NCBI GenBank assembly: GCA_000708835.1
Contig: DF237295.1
Location: forward strand, 35,633 to 99,632
DNA length: 64,000 nucleotides
Origin: Klebsormidium nitens
Lineage: Eukaryota > Plantae > Klebsormidiophyceae
Reading direction: 5' to 3'
The notes under the pieces are model-generated. The model did not search any database, was not told where the DNA came from, and saw only the letters and a list, made by a program, of their open reading frames with translations. Below are positions 45,101 to 57,280 of this stretch, in pieces; the first letter of the stretch is position 1, and every line of letters starts with the position of its first letter. Position numbers and translations under genes: made by a program.

Positions 45101-48100
45101 NNNNNNNNNNNNNNNNNNNNNNNNNNNNNNNNNNNNNNNNNNNNNNNNNNNNNNNNNNNNNNNNNNNNNNNNNNNNNNNNNNNNNNNNNNNNNNNNNNNN
45201 NNNNNNNNNNNNNNNNNNNNNNNNNNNNNNNNNNNNNNNNNNNNNNNNNNNNNNNNNNNNNNNNNNNNNNNNNNNNNNNNNNNNNNNNNNNNNNNNNNNN
45301 NNNNNNNNNNNNNNNNNNNNNNNNNNNNNNNNNNNNNNNNNNNNNNNNNNNNNNNNNNNNNNNNNNNNNNNNNNNNNNNNNNNNNNNNNNNNNNNNNNNN
45401 NNNNNNNNNNNNNNNNNNNNNNNNNNNNNNNNNNNNNNNNNNNNNNNNNNNNNNCAGGTTCGCAATGAGGTGGAAGTCCATCACGTAGCTGCCCACGTTG
45501 TGGTCCTCGGGGAGGGTGTACCTGGCACTCCGAAGAGTGGTGTCAAAAGGAGAAAGCGAAGTGTATCCGCTTACCAGAGTGATATAAAAGAGGATCGCAC
45601 TGCTATAGGCAGGATGGATAGAATGAACGGGCTCCTAATGTATGATCTGCCCCGGGATTGCCCCGCATAATGTCGTTGCATAAGGCGCAACGCTACCAAA
45701 ACGACGCACTCCCCAAAGCTCCTGATGGGATGGAGTGCGCAAAACAGATAAAGCGGTGTAACCGGGAACTTCGTTTTCTAGAAGTAAAGGAGAAGGCAAT
45801 TGAACGTGTGTCCGCGACTTGCGCCCTTGGGCTGACTGGATGCCATGCCTTTAGCAGCAGCAGGCACGTCAGCCAACCACTGGCGGGCAGAAAATCAAAC
45901 ACCTTTTGAGGTAGCCTCTCCAAACGGTGGTCGAACTGTATGCGAATCCTTTCACCCGACTGTATCAGTAGCGCACACCAAAAATGGCGAACTTGTGCAC
46001 ACTTACTCTGCAACGGTTCGCGGCTCCGGGAACGACTGGAACCCAAACTCGCTGACGAAACGGTGACGCCAGCTCCGCTGCACCTCGAAGGGCTTGCCCC
46101 CGTGCCACACGTCCCAGCAGTGCGCGTCCCCCGACCGCGGGTCATTGGCGTCCTGTCGACCCTTGTCGCCGCCGAGGGGGGTGTGCGGGCTAGAGGGCCA
46201 ATACGAGGTGCGGCCGTCGTGTTTCTGCGGAGGTTTTCTGTTGTTAAGGTATGCAAAAAACTCTTGCGGGCTTTGCTTGGCGAGACATTGGCGTTCTGAC
46301 GAACCGCGTCGCCATGGAGGGGTGTGTGCGGGCTAGAGGGCCAATACGAGGTGCGGCCGTCGTGTTTCTGTGGAGTTAAGGTTCGCAGAAGGAACTTACG
46401 GGGCTATTGCTTGGCGAGATGTTGGCGTTCTGACGACCCTCGTAACGAAATCCTTTATAAGCTATCATGTGGCACAAGCTATGTGCAGATCCCTGAGAAT
46501 CCGCATAAAATCCCCATGCCAGACGCGTCGCCCAAGGGGTCTGTGCGGGCTAGAGGACCAATACGAGGTGCGGCCGTCGTGTTTCTGCGGAGAATTTTGC
46601 AATCGAAAAGACAGGGGAAGAGTTTGTTGTAGAAAACAATTTGCCTGTTGAGGCGTTGGCGTTTTCATCGCCGCCCAAGGGGGTGTGCGGGCGAGAGGGC
46701 CGATTCGAGGTACGACCGCCGTATTTCTGCGGGGAATTTTGCAATCGATAAGACAAGAAAAGTCTTTGTTTTAGAAACAAAATCGCTTCGAGAGGCGTTG
46801 GCGTTGTCGTCGTCGCCCAGGGATCGTGCGGGTTAGAGGGCCAGTACGCGGTTCGGCCGCCGTGTTTCTGCGGAGATATTGTAGGTTTGAAAAGGTTCGT
46901 AGATGTTTGTGTGGGCTTTGCTTGGCGAGAACGTTGTCGTATTAAGGCTTCATCGTCACTTAGAAGGTGTGCGGGCTAGACGGCCAGTACGTGGCAACCG
47001 TCGTGTTTCTGCAGGCAGAAAACTGAGGGTAATTGGATACGAAGAGCGTTCAAACAGGTGTTCTTGTGAGCATGTTGACTTTCGATACGATGAATACGAA
47101 AAGCGTTCAAACAGTGTTCTTGTGAGCGTGTTGACTGTCGAGACGATGGCGTTACAGCGACCCGCGTCGTTCCGGAGAGGGGTGTGCAGGCTAGAGGGCC
47201 AGTGAGCAGTGCAGCCGTCGTGCTTCTGTAAGGCGTTCCCAAGGCTGGTTGAAAGCTAGTCGAAGCCTTGGCACACTTTTCATTTGCAGGGTGTAAGACC
47301 AGCTCTAAGCCTACGGAACCCTTTTCAAACGACCGGAGCGCCCGCATATCCCTTCAGCGTTCCTGCTTGGAGTCACTCCGTTTCTAGCCGCACCAACAAG
47401 GTACGCCCTACGATTCTGCGACTTCTGAGAAAGTCTTCTCGAACCCTTGATTCCTGCTTCCCCATCTCAGCCCTCGATTTCGTCTCACCTCAACCACGTC
47501 TTTCAGCAGCACGTCGAACAGATGCTTGTACTGATCCCAGGGCATCGTCGTAGCCGTCCACGTGTCACCCACATAGCCCTGCTCCAGCTCGTTGTTGCCG
47601 CACCACAGCGCCAGGCATGCGTGGTGGCGCAGCGCGCGCACTGCCTCGATCGCCTCCTCTTCGCAGTTGGCGAGCCATGCGCGGTCGTGAACCGGGTACG
47701 TGCTGCAGGGATGTAGGAAGATCTAGCAATTGAATTCGAACATCGTTCACTTTTACTGCTGCGGTCTCTCACTGTAGCCTACTCAATTCTTTTTTCTAGT
47801 GGTGCGCAGGTAGCCGAAGGGACTTTTTGCAGGCTGGAACGTTTCATGGCCCTTCCTCAAGGCCTACACAGCAAGATGACTATCTGTGTGGATCAACAAT
47901 CATGGTGGTGAACGCTTTCTCAGACTCAACCAACCGAAAGCTCTGACGTTTGTAAGTCCTTCACAACGCGTTTGGATTCTCAATACAGAAGATAGAGAGT
48001 AAACGAGACACTCCGAAAGTCACCAGCCCAAACGAGGCTACATATTTCTGAACAGTTCGAAACTGGCGAAGCTGACGGGAAACCCACTCCATGTTCTCTG

Positions 48101-51100
48101 AATGACTAAGTGTGTTGTCGCTCTTACCGAAAGAAGACTTGCATCATGTCACGAGCAAGAGAGCATTCGCCAAGCAAGCCTACCTGCATGCGTAGACGAA
48201 CTCCTGCCACACTAGAATCCCCAGCTCGTCACATGCGTCGTAGAACTCGGGGTGCTCGTACAAGCCGCCGCCCCAGGCGCGGATCATGTTCATGCCGACG
48301 TCAGCCGCAGACTGCAGATCAGCAGCGACAACATTTACAACTACGTCCAACGTCTTTTCAAAGGGTTCCGAGGCACCAAAGAGGCACCTTCTTTCCAGCT
48401 CGAAGGCACACCATTCCGCCCGTAGATTCGTCATCTGGAAAATGGGTTTAACATGGATCTAAAGCTAGCTTTCACGGGATGCAAACATGGAATTATTCTG
48501 CAACCCAGCCTCTCAAACACGTTCTGGTCGTGTCGCCTCACCTGTAAAAGGGCCCGGTATTTCTCTGGAGTCAGCCTTGGGAGGTAGATATCGGCGGGGA
48601 TCCAGTTTGCTCCCTTGGCGAAGATCTTCACCCCATTTATCTCAAACCCGAACGACTCGCCCCACTCGTCCTTCTCCCGGACCAGCTTAAGCGTCCTTAA
48701 CCCGACTCGCTTCTGGCAGCGACTAAGGATTTCGGACGTGGCCTTGCTGACCAGGGACACGGTAACCCGGTACAGGGTTTGACCTAGCCCGGTCCCATTC
48801 GGCCACCATAGCTCTGGCTTCTCAAGGTCAACTTCCAGCCGCCCGTTTGACTTTTTCACGTGTTTGGGGGTCATTTGTTCGAGCGCCTCTCCCTTATATG
48901 GACCAGATGCCGACGCCTCTTCGGAGGCCCCTTTGTTTCCTTCTCCAGCGAGGCTGCTGACATCATCAACTGCGCCGTAACTTTCTGTGCTTTGCTGGCT
49001 AGTATTTGCCCTGAGAGACTTAGGCAAAACGGCGTCCAGCTCGAACTCGTCAGCCAGAACTTTCACACCGCTGCCGTCCCGCATCAGGCGCTCTATCTGC
49101 ACAGCCAGCTTGGTGTCATCCAGGGCCTTTTCACACAGGCTTCCGAGCTCCACCTCTATGCAGATGGGAACGGACGCCGGGGGGCTGTAAGTTGTCGTCC
49201 CTGTGTCAGGGTCCATTCGCACCGCTACCTCCGTGATCTCGGGGTGAGTGATGTGAATGCTCTCCAGCCAGGCCGTCTTGAAGCCGTGGAGTTTGATGGG
49301 GCGCCAGATGCCAAAGGTTGGTGCGGCACAGCCCCAATCCCAGCCGTAACTGCGAACACCAAACTTCTTGAAGACTTCATCGGACAGCAGGGACATGTAG
49401 ACGGGAGTTGCTGGCTGGCCCAACGTGCTGTTTCAGATTGTACACCTAGCCAGCGAAATTCACATGCTCGCGCAAAGTCTTGCTGTTTTATCTACTTGCT
49501 AAGCAGCAGCATCTTTTGGGAATGCAAGTACAAGAGGCACAAAGAGCCTGGCTGTCGACCTTGACAAGACTTTGCTCCACAGATTTACATTGCCTCTCTG
49601 CCAGTCAAGTCTGAGAAGGTCAATGACGCAATGGACCGCACTTGTCACCAGAAGGGACCACAGAAAAACAACAGATGCTCAGAGTCCTGCGACTATTCTC
49701 AAGGTCACAAATCCATGTCATGTGAAACCAATCAAAGCGCCTCAGCTGTGTATACACACATGCATACAAGAGCTTGCCAAGAGAGCACGCACTATCATTG
49801 CACATGGATGTAGCTGAATCTGGCAGTAACAACTACACTAAGGTTCGAGTCTACTGACCTTGCAGGTTCTTTCCTGATCCAGCCTGCACCCCTATACTCC
49901 TCTCTGTTCGCGTTGCTGGCAATCAGCGCCTTTTCCTTCTGCTTCTCAGCCATGAATGGAACTGTTGATCTGAAGGTCACTTGAATGCGATTGTTCTTGG
50001 AAGAGCCACCTTCTTCAGGATTTAGCAAGTGCTTGACATCAGCTGTCCAAGTTCGGAACATGTTGTCGGCAGAGATCACTGGACGGCCGTTGACTAGGAC
50101 GGTGGCCAGGGTGTCCAGACCTTTGCAACTCAGGATCACCTGCAATTGCAAAATGGTAGAGAAAAGACTTTTAGACAAGACTGCCGCTGATGTTGGAAGC
50201 ACTTCTGTGTTCATTTTGAGCTGCGGTTGAGAGAGTGAGAAAAGCGGCTGAACGGGTAAAGGCTGAAAAGGTGGCTCTCATTCAACCCTCAGCTTCAGCT
50301 GGAAAATCATGATACGCTCAACCAATGCTTTCTGAGGCTTGAGTGGACCCAATAGCAATCATAATCTCAACCATCTTATATTGGGCTGACTGAGCCCTTG
50401 GTTGGCAAAATTGTGAACAGCCAGACACCAAAGTGAGGGGAGGAAGGGGGAGTGCACAAGGTGGGTGTGCAAACTTCCAAGCAGCCATTGTGAAGAAGGA
50501 CACTGCAGCTAATCCTTGTCAAACAGAAACTTCAGCTTGCGCTTTCTTTCCAACGTCCTTTCCAGATTATGCAACAGAATGGAAGATTTCTCGTCTTCTC
50601 TCTGTAGGCCTTGTACCTGCCTCCTTGCATGTCTTTATGTGTTGCAATAGGTGAAGGAAATCACTTTCTCAACAACTTGTTGGCTGATGACCAATTGCGC
50701 CTAAAGTGTTACTCTATGTAAGACTGGTGCACGTACTTCAATTATTGGCACCAGAGGTCAGTTCACCAATCACCAATTTTACAGCTTCTGGACAAAAAAA
50801 TTCATCAATCTGTTAATACTCATCAGGAACAGCCAACATCAAGCAGCCATGGAAAAAGGGCACCATGCAACACAAGGAATGTCCTTTGTTGTTCCCGTTT
50901 CCTTGGACTTCAGTAAATTAATCAAATTCTTTTTCATCTGCAAGATTCTCAGGCCTAATGTAGTGTCCAGTGCCTCCTGAGTCTTGGCGCTTGGCACCAC
51001 CACAAACAAAAGTGGTCACGTATCACAGCCTAACAGACACCCACATTTTGACAATCTGTTTCACAATTCACCTTGTCGCACGCCAGTAAGCCCGCGTCCA

Positions 51101-51335
51101 CGTCAAACTCTCGCCTGTACTCCCAGTCACACTCAGCCACCCAATACAGCGTCGTCTCATTGTCTCTCCACTTGACATCCTTAATCAGTCCTGCGTTCTG
51201 CAAGTCCAGATGCACGCACCCTGGAACCACTGCAGGTATGCTACTTGGCAGCTGGACATTGAAGGAGGCGACGGGGCTGGTGCAATGGAACGTCCAGGCA
51301 GTGCCGCCAAGGTCCATCTCCAATGCAGTGGCCAT
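42151..51335 (-). CDS. Glycoside hydrolase family 2 beta-mannosidase (about 990 aa, 10 exons)
   Basis: Exons 51072-51335, 49859-50139, 48542-49349, 48184-48311, 47489-47702, 46007-46224, 44623-44840, 43897-44096, 43090-43322, 42151-42559 total 2973 nt in phase. Motifs: [58 protein letters not shown] (acid/base), [11 protein letters not shown] (nucleophile), [27 protein letters not shown]. Confidence 0.93.
43715..43810 (-). repeat. Degenerate copy of the 3' half of mannosidase exon 8 in the downstream intron
   Basis: Exon (minus strand) gggtgctgatcaccgggctcgaagacgtcgccaaaggaaccgtagaagtccacctgtccaaccacgagctgatc versus intron gggtcctagtcaccgggctcgaggacgcttctaaggccgttaacgtgcactctctaaacatgagctgatc, offset about 185 bp. 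Confidence 0.85.
44856..45454. other. Assembly gap (N run) inside a mannosidase intron
   Basis: Run of N flanked on both sides by copies of the same acceptor and exon start. Confidence 1.
45455..45530 (-). repeat. Copy of the acceptor plus the start of mannosidase exon 7
   Basis: gtgccag|gtacaccctccccgaggaccacaacgtgggcagctacgtgatggacttcc (45521) versus real gtgccag|gtacacgctccccgaggaccacaacgtgagcagctacgtgatggacttcc (44840). The copy diverges after DF. Confidence 0.8.
46310..47235 (-). repeat. Array of six degenerate copies of the acceptor plus first 50-70 nt of mannosidase exon 6
   Basis: Plus-strand motif gtgtgcgggctagagggccaatacgaggtgcggccgtcgtgtttctg is exonic at about 46181-46227 and repeated at about 46324, 46542, 46684, 46825, 46967 and 47182 (spacings about 140-220 bp). 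Confidence 0.93.
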
Positions 51336-51626
51336 TGGGCATCTGAGCTGTGCGGGGTTTTCAGCCGCTGGACTTGCTGAATGCAAGCGGAGACACCAGC
51401 ATTTGAAAGGTCTTTCAGGATATTGTACTGCTCTGAGTCTACCTGGAACCACCTGCACTGCGTTGCAAAGGTGCGCCAGGAAATACCTAGAAGCAGCATA
51501 GCAAGCCAATTGACAGATTGAAGCAGAGCTGCGCATATTTACCGCGTTCTATGCTTGACCGACGCGCGCACACTTGCAGCGACGGCCGCCATTCTACGCC
51601 ACGGCCGCGCGACGCTTTTGAGGTTT

Positions 51627-51636
51627 GTGACGTCAC
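51627..51636. promoter_or_regulatory. GTGACGTCAC palindrome (C-box/CRE-like bZIP site) in a divergent promoter region
   Basis: Perfect 10-bp palindrome midway between the mannosidase ATG (51335, -) and the next ATG (51997, +). Function untested. Confidence 0.25.
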
Positions 51637-51996
51637 GTTAAAGCATCACATAACGACACTTGGCAGAGCTCCACGATGTCACGGTCCGAACCCCCAAAAC
51701 CCTCTCTTTGAGAATCTAGTCACTGCCGAAGCGGCGCGCTTGTCGCGCAGGCTTAAAGTTTGCAAAGAATTTTCACGCATCTGCAAGAATGATGTCCTGC
51801 TATCCCGCAATCTACAAACTACAAAGATTTTGGTCATCACCATGTTTGACAGTACGACAGCCTCTTGTCAACGATACGAAGAGCCGTCTTCTGCACACAA
51901 TATGGGCGCGCGCTGAATATCATCAATGATTCAAGTATTCCTTTTATTTGATTGAACCGTGGACTCAGGGAGCTTCTTGAGAGCTAGAAAATTCGC

Positions 51997-54900
51997 ATGG
52001 CTTCTTCAGCTGGGATGGCCGCCCCTTCGTCGAGCCTGAGTGCAGGCCAAGAAACGACGCCATCTGGCAATGAAACTCGAGAGGAGTTGTTTAGATCTGA
52101 GAAGCAAAAGGTGCGGTTTCTGCACCTGAAGACGAGGGTTTTGATCTGCAGATATGGAGCCGCTTGTCCTGTTGAAGTTCTATTTTCATATGTGCACACT
52201 CGCTTGCTGAACTCATTTTGGTCTATTGCCTAGCCTCTTTTGAATCTTGACTGAATGACTTTCAAAAGATGCAGGGCTGTATTTGTGTGCTCATGTTCTC
52301 ACCGTCTTCCCTTCAAGATGGCAGTATCCTTTTTCGAAAGCGATGTCCGTTACAATACATACAGTCTTTCAAAGCATACATTGATTCTTGCCGGCTGCGT
52401 TGCCAGGGTGTTGCTGAGGCCAGGGTTGCCTTTTATCAGCATGTGGTACATGTGGACTATTGTCATGAAGCGTATGTGGAAATGTTGTAAAAGGCTGGTA
52501 GGATTCAGTAGTTCGTCCTGTGACTGAAACCCTGTTCTCCGCAGCACATACCATACCCTAAAATGGAATTGTATCAGATTATGTTGCTTGGATTGCTTAG
52601 TGGTATGGGCAGCCTGTCTGCAGTCGGGTCTGGCGTAAGGCCTAGAAGAAGGGGCTGACTCATCGGGCGAGATGATGCACCATCTTTGCAGTGGAAGGTT
52701 CTTCTTGGTGACCTCTCCGGTCGTGGACACAAGTATCGACCAAGTTGGATTTTGTACCTCTACTTCCATCTTTTGCTGCCTTCTGGAGTTGATGTGTAGC
52801 TGAAGCTCTCAAGCACACCAAATGGTTTTCTGTTGCAGGCCAGCATCTTCTTGTCGGATAAGAGGTCCGAGTACTTAAGACAGTTGAAGGCACTGGTTGC
52901 GGATCCCGGGAATCGTGACTCGTACGAGAAGATTACGGTCGGTCACTTGTACTGATAAACGCATAAGGCAGTTATGCAGAAGCTGCTGCTTGAGGAACGT
53001 GCAGTGTTTTGTGAGGGCCCTTCCAAAGTTCTGGATCTCAGGGGTGAGCTTTCCATCTGATTTTGTCATAAGTCATGTTGAAAAAAGCTTGTCTGTCCAC
53101 TGTTTCAATGCTGCGACACTTGCTTTTATGAAAACTTTCCTGGAGAATAATACTTGATCCTTTTTGTTTATGTGCAGCACTTCTACAGGCTGATTGAGGA
53201 GCTGGCATGGGTGGACCAGGATCAGGCATTTGACATTTATATGAAGTGGTGTCTGCAGAATCCAAATATCCGTCAGCAGAAGCTTGTGAGTTTCTCAGGA
53301 TTAAACTTGACGCTTCTGTGCACCCACTGGTATACCTCGTATCACCCCTCGGGTAGCATCAAATGCTGAAGACTGCTTCCTTGCCTAAGACTGTGCCTTG
53401 TCTGGTGCCACTGGCTCTGAAGCTTGGACGCTGTTTCTGTAGCACTTTACGCATTCCCCTTCTTCTTACTTCGTCTTGGCTGGGTTTCCACTGCTATGTA
53501 ACGCTTCCTGTTCAGCCGCCTGTGGAGAAGCTCAAGCACAACTTCGGCGAGGTGGTGGAACGTGTGCGGAAAAGGAACCAACCGCTTGAGTGGCCTGAGC
53601 GAATGGTGAGTTGATGCCTAGAGGAGCCCTACAAATTTCAGGCGGCTTCTTATGCACGGGCAGATTGTTTGCATCCTCGGTAGATAAGCAGACCTTTGGA
53701 CTTTGATAAACTGTTTACGGTTGGGCTTATGTAACTTGAACTTCCCTTGACACAGGAATGAAAGCAAGCTGCCAAGGTCTCCTGGAGCAACTATCTTAAA
53801 TGCATCTATTTGCGGAATGCTTGCAGGTTGGCCTCACACCTAAGGCAGTAATTTTTCCCGATTGCTGCTAGATGTCTGTCTTCATCACATATCATTTTAA
53901 GCTATGGGGACCGGGGACGTTAGATTGCAGCCTACTAGCCGAGAATCTCCGTTTGTGTTGCAGTTGGACGTTATAGTCTGGCTATCAGGGGTTCCAAGGA
54001 GGAGCCAATACGAGTTTCCTTGTGGAAGTCAGGACTTGTCTTGCCTTGCTCATTCGGTTCAAATGAGTCTGCACGTTTGGGTTTCGTCACCTCTTACTTG
54101 ATGAGGGTCCCTCCAAATGATTGAGCAAGCAACCATTCCTTTGATGTATGTGGCTGAATAGCTGATGTTTAGAGTTGAGTGTTTCCCGGATACTTGAAAA
54201 CGGTGGCAACCAGTCTTTGCAGATTCAGGGCTTCGTGTATTGACCATAATATGTATGAGTTAAAAGTTGCAACTTAGCTATGTATCCCGTCATATACGCA
54301 GCGTGGTACAATGATTTACCTCGCGGCAGCCCAGTTCTTGTCTTCTACTACAATCCAACAGTTGAAGCAATTTATGACTTGCAAAAACCATCGTAGTCGG
54401 AATTTGACAAGGTTAAGCAAATTGTTTCAAGCCCATATGGCATTCTCGGGCCAGCCAAGTGACTCAAAAAATACGCCAGGTGCGCTTACTAGTGACAAAG
54501 AGACACATCCTCAAGTAGTAACTCAGAAGACCTTCTTCTCTTAGCTTGGATACTTTTTCATCCATCGTGGTTGGTCATCTTTGAAGCTGTTTGACACATC
54601 CGAGCCGTGATTCGTCGAAGTTTGTACGTTTCTCTAAAGTCACTGGCGTGCTGCATACAGTTTGAAGGTCACTATCGATCCCAGGGCATGTTTACTGACA
54701 GTTCGCACTAAATCAAACTCTTTCTAGCCAGCTTTGTCCGACTCTTTGCCCACATCATGTGCTTCACGAATGACAGGGCTTTCAAAGTACATCAGTCTGC
54801 GCCGTTAAAGTTGCCATTATGTTCCGAGCATGTTCCTGATCTTGCGTAGTGATCTACCGCCTTCCTTGTCGACGATCTGACCATCGGATGGTTTAAGATT

Positions 54901-55739
54901 AAAAGCATGCTCGGTGCATTCGAAACCCGATGGCAAGTTTGCCAGTGAGCAAAGAGCTGGAGCTGTACCACCCAAGCAGCATCTCAGAAGCTTTTGTTCG
55001 AAACACGGTACATAATAGCGAGGCGTACCGAACACTGAAGAGGAGAGGATGACTTTTTGCAGCCATCTCGCCGTCTGTGATCGTACCGTTGGCTTCGTTG
55101 TTCGCCGGCGACCTGACTCCGCTCTTCCCCCCTGTTACTCCTAACGCAGCGAGTTCAAAGCTCCGTGACGTACCGTCAAGGTGACGTTATCATGGCAATC
55201 GGTACTTGAGTTTTTGGAGCAGCCTTCCCAGCTGTCGGCGTAGCAACTTCCCCTCGTGATTTAGCCTGCTGGTCGTCGAACACAACCGCGACTCATGTGG
55301 TCGGCGGGTTCAAAACTGGCCGCCGACACCCTCTGAGGAATTTGAAGCACTTTTTGGATTTCTGAGCTTAGGCTAGTTTTTCTGCGCTACTGTAGTTAGA
55401 GCACCTGAGGGCAGAGTTTTTCAGCTCAGACTTTGAAAGCTGAGATTAGCACATGTATATTGAAAGGCTGGTTTTAAGATCGTTCGTTACGGTGGTACTT
55501 CAAAGATCGTTACAGATTTTTCCTTTCGTTTTCCCTTGGTGCTAAACCCAACGGTCTCTGGCCGCCAAGTCGGCGAGGCACCAATACCATAAACCGAGGC
55601 CCCAATCCAGACATTGTTCTAGCACGTAGATGTTTGGAAACATGCAGGACGTTCAACTGATATCTTCAAAGATTTCAAGTTCGTCCGAGCGGGTCATCAT
55701 CTTGAACCCGTACAGGGGACTGGAACCCGGAAGTTCTAG
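51997..55739 (+). CDS. Unknown multi-exon protein
   Basis: Phase-consistent candidate exons 51997-52110, about 52364-52444, 52545-52634, 52839-52937, 53005-53043, 53178-53285, 53516-53605, possibly 55150-55201 and 55648-55739. Best-supported segment is HFYRLIEELAWVDQDQAFDIYMKWCLQNPNIRQQKL|PPVEKLKHNFGEVVERVRKRNQPLEWPERM. No family recognised; the 3' end is uncertain. Confidence 0.5.
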
Positions 55740-56630
55740 CAACGAGAACACTTGGAAAAAGCGGTCGTTGCAGCAATTTAGTGACTTTAATTTGACGACA
55801 AAATTCTAAACAGAAATAGAGTCAAAATCGTGGGATTTGAACAGGAGCAATCGACCAGTTGGGACGGCGGGATGGCAGGAACGGATCGGTTTTCAAAGAG
55901 CTAGCGAGTGACGGCAAAATGGTAATAACTAAGAACGTCCGTAAGATTACCGACACCTGAGTTTCTCTTCAATTAACAGAAGATACCAAGTGCACGGGAA
56001 AGAAGCGACTAAGACCCGCTCCAACGCCGTTCCAATACGAGCGCACGTCTCAACTCAAAAAAAACGTCCAGTTTAGCGTTCCAACCGGCTGTTTTCAAGT
56101 TGCACCCGAGCGTAGCACGAAAGGCCCCGCAAGCAATCGCCATCTATCGTAGATTAACAGGACCAGGGGAGCGATCACGGCGTCTCTTTCTATGGCTAAT
56201 GGTGGTCGGACATCAGCGGACAACGTTGTAGTTGACTGCGCATCACGACATTGATTATGCTCGCTAGAACCCTGAGCAAGCTTTTGCGATTCAGGCGCGA
56301 ATTGATTCAACTTCGAAGACAGACGCGTCGATTATAATCGTTCCTTCTCAGAAGCCGGCGAATTCTACGGGACGGTATTGCAGATCTTAGTCACCAAAAG
56401 CTAGCGCCAACCAGTTTGCGAACCTGACCTACGCCTCTTGAACTCCCACCTAGTGATACCCTCTCTGCAACACGTCGCTTCACTTCTACCGGAAGACGGC
56501 GTCCCTCTTGCTACAGATTTTCGTATTGCAGCTTTTATCCAATCGTCCCTTGATCCCTTCCTACCGGACAGACTCGACATGCGTCTAATGTGACTAGGCT
56601 CGATCATCTCTCTTTCTACCGGGCACTCGT

Positions 56631-57280
56631 TCAGTGCGTCCACGCTACCAACAACGACCCAGCCGTCGCAACCAGAATCGTGACCACGAAGTTCACCGTC
56701 ACCTGTGACGACAGCAAAAGGAATCAATCTCAGTTTGTTCACAAGACAAAACGACCGTATCTTGCGTTCTGAGATCACTGACGTTATCGAAAACTTGACG
56801 GACGGCTCATTTTGTAGGAAGCCCCAAGTTTCGGCTGCCGTTTCGGATGCAAAGTATGCCAGCCTGCAGCAAACACTCGAAACTGATATCCTCTAAAATC
56901 AAAAACATAACACGCAGCGAGAGGATACGGGTACCTCCGACAAAAAAGCAAACGGGATTCCACACAAAACCCATCTTCCCAACAGATTGCCCACTTACCT
57001 GCTCCAGCAAGCTCGCGTCCGCCGTGTACTTCTCCCGGGGCACGTCCACCGCCTCGTTCGGGCCAAGCGGCAGACTCACGCAGCCGCCCCAGCCGCAGCC
57101 CGGGGCGCGTCCCCCGGGCGGTTGCGCCAGGTGCGCGGATCGCGCGGCCGCGATGAAGCAGAAGAACAGGTGGCAGGCTGCCAGCACCACCGCTGACGTC
57201 ATGACGGCCATGTCCCGGGCGGCGGCCCAGCTGAACGGGGCCATAGAGAGGGACTGCCCGGGGGGGGGCCTTGCTGACGT
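56631..57280 (-). CDS. Terminal exon pair encoding two hydrophobic helices; probably the 3' end of the upstream coiled-coil gene
   Basis: Exon 56999-57280 (ttcag| ... |gtaagt, 94 codons, strong GC3 bias, ...MAVMTSAVVLAACHLFFCFIAAARS...GCGWGGCVSLPLGP...) and exon 56631-56702 (VTVNFVVTILVATAGSLLVAWTH*). Both are phase 0, compatible with the donor at 59666. Confidence 0.6.

Noticed and set aside
44630-45670. ORFs of 346, 217 and 215 aa across the second gap
   Set aside because: Mostly X from the N run; the real parts are the mannosidase exon, its copy, or their antisense.
46180-47235. Repeat-spacer look of the mannosidase intron array (CRISPR-like)
   Set aside because: Units are degenerate, spacers are long and partly homologous to each other, the repeat equals an exon start of a spliced eukaryotic gene, and no cas genes are present.
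48860-49564. 234-aa plus-strand ORF (likewise 12740-13399 and 42167-42649)
   Set aside because: Antisense to real exons of the mannosidase or channel-like genes.
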